Assembly: GCF_009914755.1 (NCBI RefSeq)
Contig: NC_060932.1
Origin: the human T2T-CHM13v2.0 reference genome, Homo sapiens
Direction: 5' to 3' (one strand)
DNA: 64,000 nucleotides
The notes below the pieces were generated by a model. The model did no database searches. It worked only from the letters and a program-made list of their open reading frames with translations, and was not told where the DNA came from. Each line of letters opens with the position of its first letter. Position 1 is the first letter of the stretch. Shown here piece by piece: positions 15,746 to 31,417 of this stretch. The position numbers were made by a program, and so were the translations under genes.

Positions 15746-18410
15746 GCCTTAAGACTATCTTCATTTCGGTGTTCTGCTTTATGATTTCAGGGAGACCAAA
15801 GGCCTTTTTACCCTGCATGAGGTTTGTGGGGCTGTTCATGGTTGGAGGGACCTTATTTCAATTTAGAGAAACATCTTGGCAAGAGGAGGACATAGAAATG
15901 CCGTCCTGCTCATAACCACGGCCGACTCCCAAGAACACATGGGGGCTGTTGAAACTCAACTGGAGCCCAAAGGGGAGGACGATTCCCTCAAAGGGCATGA
16001 GGAGGAAGATTTCTCTTTTATGCCCAGAAAAGAGGTTATTCTAGGGAGAGGGGAAAAGTCCAGAAAATGCCTTTATGTTATTCTTTATTGATAAATTACA
16101 TTTTTTAAAAATATGAACTCTATTGGTTAAATTTAACTGGCATTCACTTAAAAGGAAACTTTACCACATAGAGAAGCATGTTATTGCACTCTAGTGAATA
16201 AGAGTTTCATTATAGGAGTGGAATTTGACTTTGAAATTTGAAAATATAGATGAGTTTATTGAATTTTCAAATCAGTGAATAAAGTGAGGGTTGTCCAGGT
16301 ACCATTTGCCTAATCTGCTTTTCATGGGAATAATGTTGCTGTCTTCTCTTCTCTTCTCTTGGAAGGAGAACAGGATGTCATTTCTCATGTCCTGAAATGG
16401 ACAAAGGAGAAAAAACATACCTAGCTTCAACTGGATTTCTGGCATTTGTTAATCTTTTCCATTTTAAGGAAAAATATGATCTGGCATAATTATAATGAGT
16501 AAGGTAATCTGGCCTTGAGAAAGCCTCATTACACAAGGTAATCAAATAAAATAGATTGATATGTCTTATTCTGGCATGAAAAATATTTTAACCTTTTCCT
16601 GATTTATTGCACAAACTTCTGGCAATTGAATTACAGGGATAATGAACACTGTTGTGTTCTGGTAGTCATTAATAAGGGCAATATTTTAAATAGGCTTTAT
16701 TAAATGAGGGATGGGATGTATGGTCATTCCAAATACACGAATTTATCTGAACTCTAGCCAACTCTAAAACTGAAAAAGCAAAATTGAATATTTTGTCACA
16801 ATTTCCTGTTTTGTCATACTGAGGAACAAAAATTCCTCTTTATGTATAGAAATACACTAAAGTGTTAGCTTCTTTTAGCAGTGAAGTTCTTGCCAGCTTC
16901 CCAACCTGCATTAGGTTTCATGTTTCACTCTAAAATAAAAGAATATGTTAGAAATGCTTTTGAGACTTCTTCGTGCTATCTGGGCAAATGTGTTTCTTTG
17001 GCATTTTTATTTTACTAACTCTATTTCCTCTATATGATGCTAATTTAGATAGAGTGACACTGCTAGAGTAAGGGTATTATACTCATGTTGAGCTCTGGTT
17101 ATACAAATAATAGAGCTGATGTACTCATTCAGCATAATTGTGTCCGGACTATGTCTCCAGCACAGCCTTTCTTATATCTTTAATGTTCTGTGCAGTATAG
17201 ACGTACTAATCAGAGGTGATTGTCTCAATCATTACTGCTGGGCCTTTATGCATCCTGTATTTTTCTTTCAGTGCCTAGATATTGCATTAGTCTCTCAAGC
17301 ACATCACAAAACTGGTTTAAATTTCATTTGTCTCAGTGTTTTCTTGGTCTGGAGCCTTTGTAGTTCCTATATTCACATGATTTATACTGCACACCTGGGA
17401 GCTCTTAAGGGTCTTATTAGAATTTGTGGATTTTATTTTTGTAAAAAAAGGAAAGGATTGTCTTTTGAGTTTGCTTTCTCCTGTGTAGAATTCCATTATG
17501 ACTAGGGGACTTCTGAATCTTATGTACATATGGTAATTATATATCAATGTATGCCAGTCTAGGCAGAGCTATCAAAATATCCCCTTTGATACTAGGAGAA
17601 TCATATACCACCTTGCGAATAAACATGAGTAGGTTTCAACTCATCTCTTTGCTTTATCGCTCTTTAGAAGGGATCCTTCTTAACTGGCTTTTATTATATT
17701 TTTCTATATAAGAGAAAACAGTTTAAAGTAAAAAGACTATGACAACTAGAATGGAATTTTTTCATGTTTCTGGGAGAGCAAGACCTTGCCTACCATTCTG
17801 AGATAATTTTGTTTAATTCAATGCCTTATGGTTTCAGATTATAGTGAAGTTTGACTTGAGTGTTGGTTTTAGCCCAGTACCTTTAAAGAAAAGAGAAATA
17901 TCCCAACTTTTCTGCTACCATTACTAACCTAAGTAAAACAATTGCCTTTTAAAGTTACTCCTAAGAATGTTGTGCCAAAACTTTGAGGTTTCTTGTCAAT
18001 TATTTGGCTGGCATTTATTCTTCCCTCCTGAAACCGTGAAGAATGGCTTCAGCTTGTATCTAGTCTGTTTTACCAGCTTACAGGAGAGTGCCTTCTGGCA
18101 CAAATAGTTTCTGCCTCAGTGCCTCCCTACTCCTAACCAGGTCATGACCTGACCCAGAAGGACCCATAGGATATCTAGTGCATGAACTTCCTGAGGAAAT
18201 CAAGTTGGCACACCAGGATGCACAAATCTGAACTGAGGCATCATGCCTTGGGCTCACAAGTGAACTGCATGGGTCAGAGGCTTTGGGACTAAATTATCTC
18301 ATTACATGTACTGGGGCCTTACTAAGTTACAGAGTCAGCAAACCACTTTTCAATCACCAGCACTATTTTATTTGGCCTGAAGTTGTCTTCTGCCCTTTTG
18401 TTTTCTAAAT

Positions 18411-18622
18411 CAGGGGTTGGCAAACTTTTTTTTTTTAACAGTCCAGATAGGAAAGATTTTAGGACTGCAGGTCATATGGTTTCTCTACTCAACTCTCATT
18501 GTAGGCAGTCATGGGCAAAACTAGACAAATGAGTATGGCTGTATTCCAAAAAAACCGTATTTACAAAAAAAAAAAAAAAAAAAAAAAGAATAAAGGCAGG
18601 TCAGATAGTTTACTGACGCCTG
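18411..18622. mobile_element. hAT-Charlie MITE (MER58A-like)
   Basis: TIRs caggggttggcaaact ... agtttactgacgcctg; 8-bp TSD ttctaaat (18403-18410) / ttctaaac (18623-18630). Confidence 0.8.
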
Positions 18623-19438
18623 TTCTAAACTGTTACAAGGCAGAAGTTTAGAAAACTTTCTTCTGAAGCCTTTTCTTATATCACGGTCACAGCTTTTAGT
18701 GAAAGAGATTTGTAGCACATAGTGGAATTCTAACGTTTAGAGATTATGTCTTGGTAGGCTAATAATAGGACTGTTGGTAAGCTTAGCATTTACAAGGTTG
18801 CAGTTGTTTCCCTGTAGGTATTTGGCCAACAGAGGCCAACAGAACACACCATCACCAGATCAGTCTAGTGCCTTACTTATATCCCACTGAGCCACACAAC
18901 AGGCATAATTACCTTGTTGGAGGAAGAAGTTAATGTACTTCCCGAGTATTTCTAAAAGCAAGAACAGAACCCTTTATAAAGATAGCTAAATGTGTACTGG
19001 AAAATATATTTTAAAGGATATCTATTTTAAATGTTTACACATATAGAAGGGTCTTTTAGAGAAATGAACATTCCAATACATTTTGGCAATTTCACTGTTT
19101 AACCACATCCTAGTTTTGTCCATTGGTTTGCTTACACTATTTCTTTTTTATTTTTTTTAATATTTCCTTTCCTTTTTAATATTAAACAATTGTGATTCTT
19201 TTTTTTTTGAGTGACTTCTTTTATTATTATTATTATTATACTTTAAGTTTAGGGTACATGTGCACAATGTGCAGGTTAGTTACATATGTACACATGTGCC
19301 ATGCTGGTGTGCTGCACCCATTAACTCGTCATTTAGCATTAGGTATATCTCCTAATGCTATCCCTCCCCACTCCCCCCACCCCACAACAGTCCCCAGAGT
19401 GTGATGTTCCCCTTCCTGTGTCCATGTGTTCTCATTGT

Positions 19439-23265
<3,827 letters not shown>

Positions 23266-23328
23266 TATGATGTTAGCTGGTTATTTTGATCGTTAGTTGA
23301 TGCAGTTTCTTCCTAGCCTCGATGGTCT

Positions 23329-24342
23329 TTACAATTTGGCATGATTTTGCAGTGGCTGCTACCAGTTGTTCCTTTCCATGTTTAGTGCTTCCTTCAGGAG
23401 CTCTTTTAGGGCAGGCCTGGTGGTGACAAAATCTCTCATTTGCTTGTCTGTAAAGTATTTTATTTCTCCTTAACTTATGAAGCTTAGTTTGGCTGGATAT
23501 GAAATTCTGGTTTGAAAATTCTTTCCTTTAAGAATGTTGAATATTGGCCCCCACTCTCTTCTGGCTTGTAGAGTTTCTGCCGAGAGATCCGCTGTTAGTC
23601 TTATGGGCTTCCCTTTGTGGGTAACCCGACCTTTCTCTCTGGCTGCCCTTAACATTTTTTCCTTCATTTCAACTTTGGTGAATTTGACAATTATATGTCT
23701 TGGAGTTGCTCTTCTCAAGGAGTATCTTTGTGGCGTTCTCTATATTTCCTGAATCTGAATGTTGGCCTGCCTTGCTAGATTGGGGAAGTTCTCCTGGATA
23801 ATATCCTGCAGAGTGTTTTCCAACTTGGTTCCATTCTGCCTGTCACTTTCAGGTACACCAATCAGACGTAGATTTGGTCTTTTCACATAGTCCCCTATTT
23901 CTTGGAGGCTTTGTTTGTTTCTTTTTATTCTTTTTTCTCTAAAAATCCCTTCTCGCTTCATTTCATTCATTTCATCTTCCATCACTGATACCCTTTCTTC
24001 CAGTTGATTGCATCGGCTCCTGAGGCTTCTGCATTCTTCACGTAGTTCTTGAGCCTTGGCTTTCAGCTCCATCAGCTCCTTTAAGCACTTCTCTGTATTG
24101 GTCATTCTAGTTATACATTCGTCTAAATTTTTTTCAAAGTTTTTAGCTTCTTTGCCTTTGGTTTGAATTTCCTCCTGTAGCTCGGAGTAGTTTGATTGTC
24201 TGAAGCCTTCTTCTCTCAACTTGTCAAAGTCATTCTCCATCCAGCTTTGTTCCGTTGCTGGTGAGGAACTGCCTTCCTTTGGAGGACGAGAGGTGCTTTG
24301 CTTTTTAGAGTTTCCAGTTTTTCTGCTCTGTTTTTTCCCCAT
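23329..24342 (-). pseudogene. L1 ORF1 (p40), disrupted
   Basis: Starts MGKKQSRKTGNSKKQ, with premature stops at about 23740 (after IQIQEI) and about 23470. Confidence 0.92.
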
Positions 24343-25370
24343 CTTTGTGGTTTTATCTACTTTTGTTCTTTGATGATGGTGATGTACAGATGGGTTTTTG
24401 GTGTGGATGTCCTTTCTGTTTGTTAGTTTTCCTTCTAACAGACAGGACCCTCAGCTGCAGGTCTGTTGGAGTTTGCTAGAGGTCCACTCCCGACCCTGTT
24501 TGCCTGGGTATCAGCAGCGGTGGCTGCAGAACAGCGGATTTTCGTGAACTGCGAATGCTGCTGTCTGATCCTTCCTCTGGAATTTTTGTCTCAGAGGAGT
24601 ACCCGGCTGTGTGAGGTGTCAGTCTGCCCCTACTGGGGGGTGCCTCCCAGTTAGGCTGCTGGGGGGTCAGGGGTCAGGGACCCACTTGAGGAGGCAGTCT
24701 GCCCATTCTCAGATCTCCAGCTGCGTGCTGGGAGAACCACTGCTCTCTTCAAAGCTGTCAGACAGGGACATTTAAGTCTGCAGAGGTTACTGCTGTCTTT
24801 TTGTTTGTCTGTGCCCTGCCCCCAGAGGTGGAGCCTACAGAGGCAGGCAGGGCTCCTTGAGCTGTGGTGGGCTCCACCCAGTTCGAGCTTCCCGGCTGCT
24901 TTTTTTACCTAAGCAAGCCTGGGCAATGGTGGGCGCCCCTCCCCCAGCCTCACTGCCGCCTTGCAGTTTGATCTCAGACTGCTGTGCTAGCAATCAGTGA
25001 GACTCCGTGGGCATAGTACCTTCCAAGCCATGTGCGGGATATAATCTCCTGGTGCGCCATTTTTTAAGCCCGTCGGAAAAGCGCAGCATTAGAGTGGGAG
25101 TGACCCGATTTTCCAGGTGCCGTCTGTCACCCCTTTCTTTGACTAGGAAAGGGAACTCCCTGACCCCTTGTGCTTCCCGAGTGAGGCAATGCCTCGCCCT
25201 CCTTCAGCTCGCGCACGACGCACTGCACCCACTGTCCTGCGCCCACTGTCTGGCACTCCCTAGTGAGATGAACCTGGTACCTCAGATGGAAATGCAGAAA
25301 TCACCTGTCTTCTGCGTCGCTCATGCTGGGAGCTGTAGACCAGAGCTGTTCCTATTCAGCCATCTTGGCT
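24343..25370 (-). promoter_or_regulatory. L1 5'UTR: internal sense promoter (- strand) and antisense promoter (+ strand)
   Basis: L1PA 5'UTR sequence with the YY1 site (gccatcttgg, about 25359-25368) and an ORF0-homologous region. Activity is not shown by the sequence. Confidence 0.7.
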
Positions 25371-27947
25371 CAGTATTTCTTTTTTAAACCTGAATTATTT
25401 TCTGGGAGAGAGGCTCTTCCCAAGTGACCCAAAGATCATTAGGTCTTTGGGTATTCAGTAGCCCTTCTGGAAGTTCATCTTCTACTTCTGGTTACTGTGA
25501 TTTTCTGTGCTTCCACGACACTAACACGTAAACATCAAAGAGTGGTCTCTCTAAGACAGCTTGAGGAGTGCACGAGCAGAAGTACTGGCAGGGCTGTTCA
25601 TAAAGCCAATGCCAGAAAGCAGCTCCTCGCTGGCACATCCACTTTGTACTTTGAGACGCAGTATCCAGAAGCCAGGATGGGCAATACCCAAACTATGTTA
25701 CTTTAAGGGCTGAAGATCAGGCAGGGAACTGAGCCCCAGAATTGTTAGACATTGTTGTGAGTGCAAAGTGAGCACTTTTGTCTTTCTTTCTGCTACTCAT
25801 CTTACTTGATCATTCCTGAGTATATTAACCAAATCCTGTGGTGTCTTAAAGATACCATGTGTGCCCTGAGAGGCTGGTCTCGGTCTAGCTTTCTGATTTC
25901 CTTATCAATTGGGTCACATCTGTATTTTCTGCTGACTCACTTATGTGTGTAAAAAACACAAAGGCATACTTTTTTTTTTCCTAAGCAGATCGGAACTTCT
26001 ATTCCTTTTTTTTTTTTCCAGAAGACCTCTCTCGTGTACTCTCATCAAATGCTTGTCCTACATTTGTAATTATTCATTCTAGAAGCTGAGGTTGCCCCTA
26101 GCAACCAGCAGTTTTGTCTAAACTGTTTTGGTTTCAGGGTTGTCTTAAAGGAGAGTTTCTCAAAATCCATTTCCAAAGAGCTTTTATACCCCACACAGCA
26201 AAACATGTATAAACAACAATTCAAATTTAGGGAGCTTAACAAGGCCTTTCAACAAAGGTTTAAAGTGGTTTCATCATATGATTTATTTAAGATTAAACAG
26301 AATTTCTGTTACTAGTTAAAACGGGAGTGTAATTTGCTTTTATGGATTCCTATAGTTTCATTTAATAAAACTCATCCAATCAGATGCACTCCCTCCCCTG
26401 TGAAATCAGAGGCAGTGCCATATTTGTAAATGTGTTTCAGGCAACTCTCCAGGTAGTAACTGAGGGCTGGAAGAACGTACAGCATCCACCTGCCCTCACT
26501 GCCATAGCTGGCAGTGTTTTTTCCCCTCCAAAGCTCTGGAAAATACTTTATTATAACTCACAGAGCCAAATGAGAGGCAATCAAACTGTTTTGTCATTTG
26601 AATTAGGAAAGGTCAAAGGGAAAGGAACATAATAGTAGACAGACAGAAAAGTGCTTTGTGAAAATTACCCATTTTTTCCAAGTAAGGAAAAGTAATTTGT
26701 TTTTTTTCAGTGCTAGAGATTTTTGTTTTGATAGATTTACAGAGAGAAAAGAAACCACCAAGAATTTTGAAAGGTCCCATTTCCCAAACAAATATGTAAC
26801 AAGTTCTTACCATTTAAAAGATGGCATTATAATCTCTTGCATCTATGTGATCATTTATAAATTACGCTTTCGTGGACATCAAGTCATTGATGATAGTAAT
26901 GACCCTGGTGGTTGCCAGACCATGTACTGTTTTCCTTATTTCACACATGAAGAAACAGAGGCTCAAAGAAGTGAAGAATGTACCCAAGTTTGCATAGCAC
27001 AGCCCATAAGGTGCAGAGCCTGAACTTGGACTTCAGCCATGACTTCTATGACCACATACTTCTCTGTCACCATCTTAAATGTAGATATCTACTAATTTGT
27101 CATAAACTGAAGGACATACATAGCAGCATATTTAGGAATGCTGGATAATCAGTAACATATAAATAGATGAAAGGAGAAGTTGCTTCAAGGTGCTTAGTTT
27201 AAAACACATATAGCATGGTATCAATTCTATACAATGGCCAAAGGATATTGTGTAACCATGCAGACATCAGTTGTCACTAGTAATTCTCAATGTTTTATAT
27301 TCACACTTTCTTGGTATAAAAATAAATATTTGTATTTGTTCACGAAGTTAATTCTATAAATCCTGCTACAATGAGTTTTAAAAAAATAACCAACAACACT
27401 TCACTTCAGTCATCTGTGTAATTTTCCTTTAGTTTGGGGCATTTTCTAGGTAAAGTTTCAGCTAAACAATACAGAAAAATTAAAAAGTTCAGAGATCTTT
27501 TAATGATATGAAAAACTGTTTCTAATAATAATAAATGTTAAAATCATTTCACTATTCAAAAGACTGCGTTCAGAGCGGAGGCACCCTAACATACTACTCT
27601 AGGACATTTCTCACTGCCTTCATCTTCAAATAAAAGTGAGAATAGAACCCTAACCTTTGAGAGATGGAAATAATGCATGTATATGTCTGTTTTTATATCT
27701 TTCCCATGTGTATAGAGCTTAGACACTCTATATGTGAAGACCCTCCAAAAATCAAGTCTGGCTTTCTTCTTTCAGGATAACCATTCCCGAAACACCAAGG
27801 ACAGGGATACATCAGAATGGACCCCTACCTGTGCTATATTTAAAGATCTCCAAGGATAGAGATTTTACGTATGTCAGTATTTTTTAACACTATCAGACAA
27901 TGAGAATATTCCTGGCCAGGTCCACTTAGTGATTTCTTCATTGAAGG

Positions 27948-28031
27948 ATACAATTTAGAAGATTGGAGGAGCAATTATAAAAGAAAGTAATACAATTTAG
28001 AAGATTGGGGGAGCAATTATAAAGGAAAGTA
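27948..28031. repeat. 42-bp tandem duplication (2 copies, 40/42 identical)
   Basis: atacaatttagaagattggRggagcaattataaaRgaaagta x2. Confidence 0.95.
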
Positions 28032-30320
28032 GCTGTAGGTCTCCAAAAGTTAAAGTCCCTTAATCCCAGTTGCCTTAGTAGTTCTTGCATGAAAGCACTA
28101 AGGAAGGATCAATGACTGGGAGATGGGATGAATTCTGAATTGCAAAAGAGACATTTAAATATTACTTGCAAACTAAACTCAAAGCACAAATAATTTAACA
28201 CTGTTTTGTTTTAGTTTCTAAAAAAGTGGACTCTAATTCATTCTTTCCTTGTTCAGGAGATAAAACTATTTGTAACCTTTAACATGTTCTTTTCTTCACA
28301 GTTGAGAGCTCAGTTTGTTAATACTTTCTTTCCCAAACTGTTTTCTGAATGTATTGGAAAACTGCACCTGCCAGAATGGATTGGTGTTTGTTCTTCTTCA
28401 ATGAAAGGTGGCTGTGATCAGGAGCTGCCCCTTTTAGAGAGCTTAAGCTGCCAAAGCCTAATACAACAGAGGTGGAACGGAAAATGAGAATGAAGGACAT
28501 ATTCAAAAATTTAACAAATTGTTGGTGCCTCAGGCATGAAGCCCATTGGTTTCCAAAGAATTTGGCAGAAAGATTTCTATCTTCTCATCTTGTAGGCAAT
28601 TACCTTAATATGGCACACTTTTGTGATGGCTTTCATTGAAAGGCTCTGTTTAAACATCTTTTTCTGAATCACCAAGATAAGAATGGAGCAAATGAAGGGA
28701 AAAAAAATATTCACTTGTACACAAAGCTGCTACCTTCAATTCTCTGAAATTGTAGTTAATGCCTAATTATACTGACATTCCTATTGTACAAAAGTGTTGA
28801 GAATGCAAATATAATTTCCCAGCTAATTATTTCATTACATGGAAGTGACATGAGTGAAGTAATAAATTAGCATCGTCTTTATAAGAACCAGCAATTCTGG
28901 ACTTTATAATATTGAAATTTTCAAGTGGAGTGAAGTGCTTTTTTCTTATGACTACTCTGATTAGGTGAAAAATGCCTTTTAAATTTATGTGTATAATACA
29001 CCTCCTTCCTTCAGCAGATATTTTACCATTAATATAGGACAGTGATATTTATGTGAGTACATTATTACTGAGAAGGAGACCCAAAGGATGTCAAAGGGCA
29101 GAGCTGCCAGCTGCGACAGTCTGGCTTGTACTGCTTTTCTTAAATGTGGTTCAAAGCAATCAGATTATGAATTGCAGTGAAATAAACTTACTTTTATTTT
29201 TAAAATACAACCACCATTAACAGCTCCCCAGTTAGAACAACTGAATGTCAAATAATTGTATTCTCAAATTTAAACTAGAAAATAGTAGAGCTTGAGGAAG
29301 GGGAGTGGAAACTCAATAGTGACACATTGAGATGGGTTAGAAGGTATTCAGTTCTCCATTTCTTTGATTTAAGGATCGTCAATTGTTAGTGGTGCGATTA
29401 AAATTAATACAAATTTTCAGGAAAAATAAAACTACATTAAATGCACAGGGGTTTTTAAACTGACAATATCATACAGTGCCCAACACTTTTGTTTTTAGAA
29501 TCAATCCATGTCTAAAATACCTTCAATCCAGAGTCTGCAGATGTCTCTGAACCCTTTGGTCATTAGCAGTGAAGCATTGGCATTAAGGTGCCAGGCCACT
29601 TTGTGTCACCCATGCTCCTTGTTTTGACAAGGTGCTAAAGGTGTACCCTTGTGGTTGGCAGCCTATTACAAGGCATATTGAACACGTTTTTCCTCTGTAC
29701 TTTCAATTTGGCCAAGTTTTTTACACTTAATTTTTAATTTTAATATTTCTGTAAGCCATATAGCTTCTCCTGAAACTCTAAGGGAGCTTTTGGCAAATTG
29801 CTTAGTACCTGAGTGGGAGGCCTCCATGATTCATGGCTGGCTACACCAGTCTTTGCTCACCTTGAACACTCTAGAGTCTATTCTGAAGATTTGGCGATTT
29901 CTATTGTTTTTCATTGTTTTGCCTCACACATGAAAATCAATCTTCTGTGTACATCAAAATATAATGAAGAATTTTAATCAATAATTATGGACTGTAATTT
30001 AAAATTTAATGATCTGTGTTGATACCAGTGTAAATAAGTGAAGTGTAAAATACATTATCCAGGGCCCTTTCTGTGTGATGAAGTTTGCATGTGGACAAAC
30101 AATGACAATGAATATATGAATACAATACAATGAATATGTTTGTTTATTTGCCTAGAATTTGGTAACTTTCTTATGGAATGCATCAATAACAAGATACATT
30201 CCAATTTCCAAAATGCTAAAAAAGGAGAATACTGTGATTCTTACATTTAGGGAAATATGGTATTTTATCTTTTGAATTTTATACTGGCAGAAACAGGAGA
30301 TGCAAAAAATCAGAAAAACA

Positions 30321-30442
30321 AGCCAGACGTGGTGGTGCACATCTGTAATCCCAGCTACTTGGGAGGCTGAGGCAGAAGGATTGCGTGAGCCCAGGGTTTG
30401 TGATCAGCCTGAGCAATGTAGCAAGACCCCATTTCAAAAAAA
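30321..30442 (+). mobile_element. Alu monomer (FLAM-like)
   Basis: gccagacgtggtggtgcacatctgtaatcccagctacttgggagg...gcaagaccccatttcaaaaaa; single arm. Confidence 0.85.
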
Positions 30443-30912
30443 TTAGAAAAATTGTGCTTAAGTAGCCTTTTGGTCCTGATTTGCTTGAGAGTCCAGCTTG
30501 TACCCATTGTCCTGACATAATCATTAATAGAATCCCTTTTCACTCTCAAAAGTTTCCTGGCCTACATAGCAACTTAAGTAATGGTTACTCTACTTATTAG
30601 TCACTTTTGTTGGTAATAACAATGCCTCGAGAGAACAGAATAGCTTGGTATATTATAGCCCTTCAAATAAATATATTAAATTTATATAATCCTCAGAACA
30701 ACCCTATTAAATAGCCCTTTCTTTTTGATGAGGATATGAAGCTCAGTGAGATTAATGGTTGCCAGGGTCATTTAGCTATTATGTGACAGAACCAGTACTC
30801 CAACCCACAGGTCCAGGGCAAATTAATTCCATTGAGTTTAATAATAATAACACTATGAATGATCATCATAATCACCATTACTACCTTACTAATAAAGCTA
30901 CCATTTGCCCAA

Positions 30913-31417
30913 CAGAGGTTCTTGACCATTGCTGTGCCACAGGCCACTTTGGTAATCTGGTGAAACCTATGGACCTCTTTTCAAATAATATTTTTGAATG
31001 CATAAAATAAAATGCATAGTATTACAAGGATATGAATTTTATTAAAATATAGTTACCAAAAATTTTAAGCTAAATTTGCAATATAGTTATATATGTGGTT
31101 TTCCAAATGAATTAAACAAGATCTTGAAGGATTATTTAATTATGACTATGATATCAAAGTAATGATGAACATAAAGAATACTTAGAGATTTCTGCAACAA
31201 GTCTAATGTGATATGAAAAGATCTATGATTTCTACCAGCAACAAAGTGACAGGTTTTGCTAATACTACTGAAGTTTGTTGCTTACATTCATAAGTAAAGA
31301 AAATTCTAAATTTTACATAGAGGTTAGTAAAAATAAAGATGTAATTTTTTCCCATTCAAGTTCACAGAGCTCATCCAAGTGTATCAACCCCCAAGGGACC
31401 CCGATTAGGACTTGCTG
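30913..31417. mobile_element. hAT-Charlie non-autonomous element (MER119-like)
   Basis: cagaggttcttgacc...ctggtgaaacctatggacc...tgcataaaataaaatgcatag; degenerate distal end. Confidence 0.6.

Noticed and set aside
27948-28031. Direct repeats as a CRISPR-like array
   Set aside because: Two adjacent copies with no spacers, in a eukaryotic intron.
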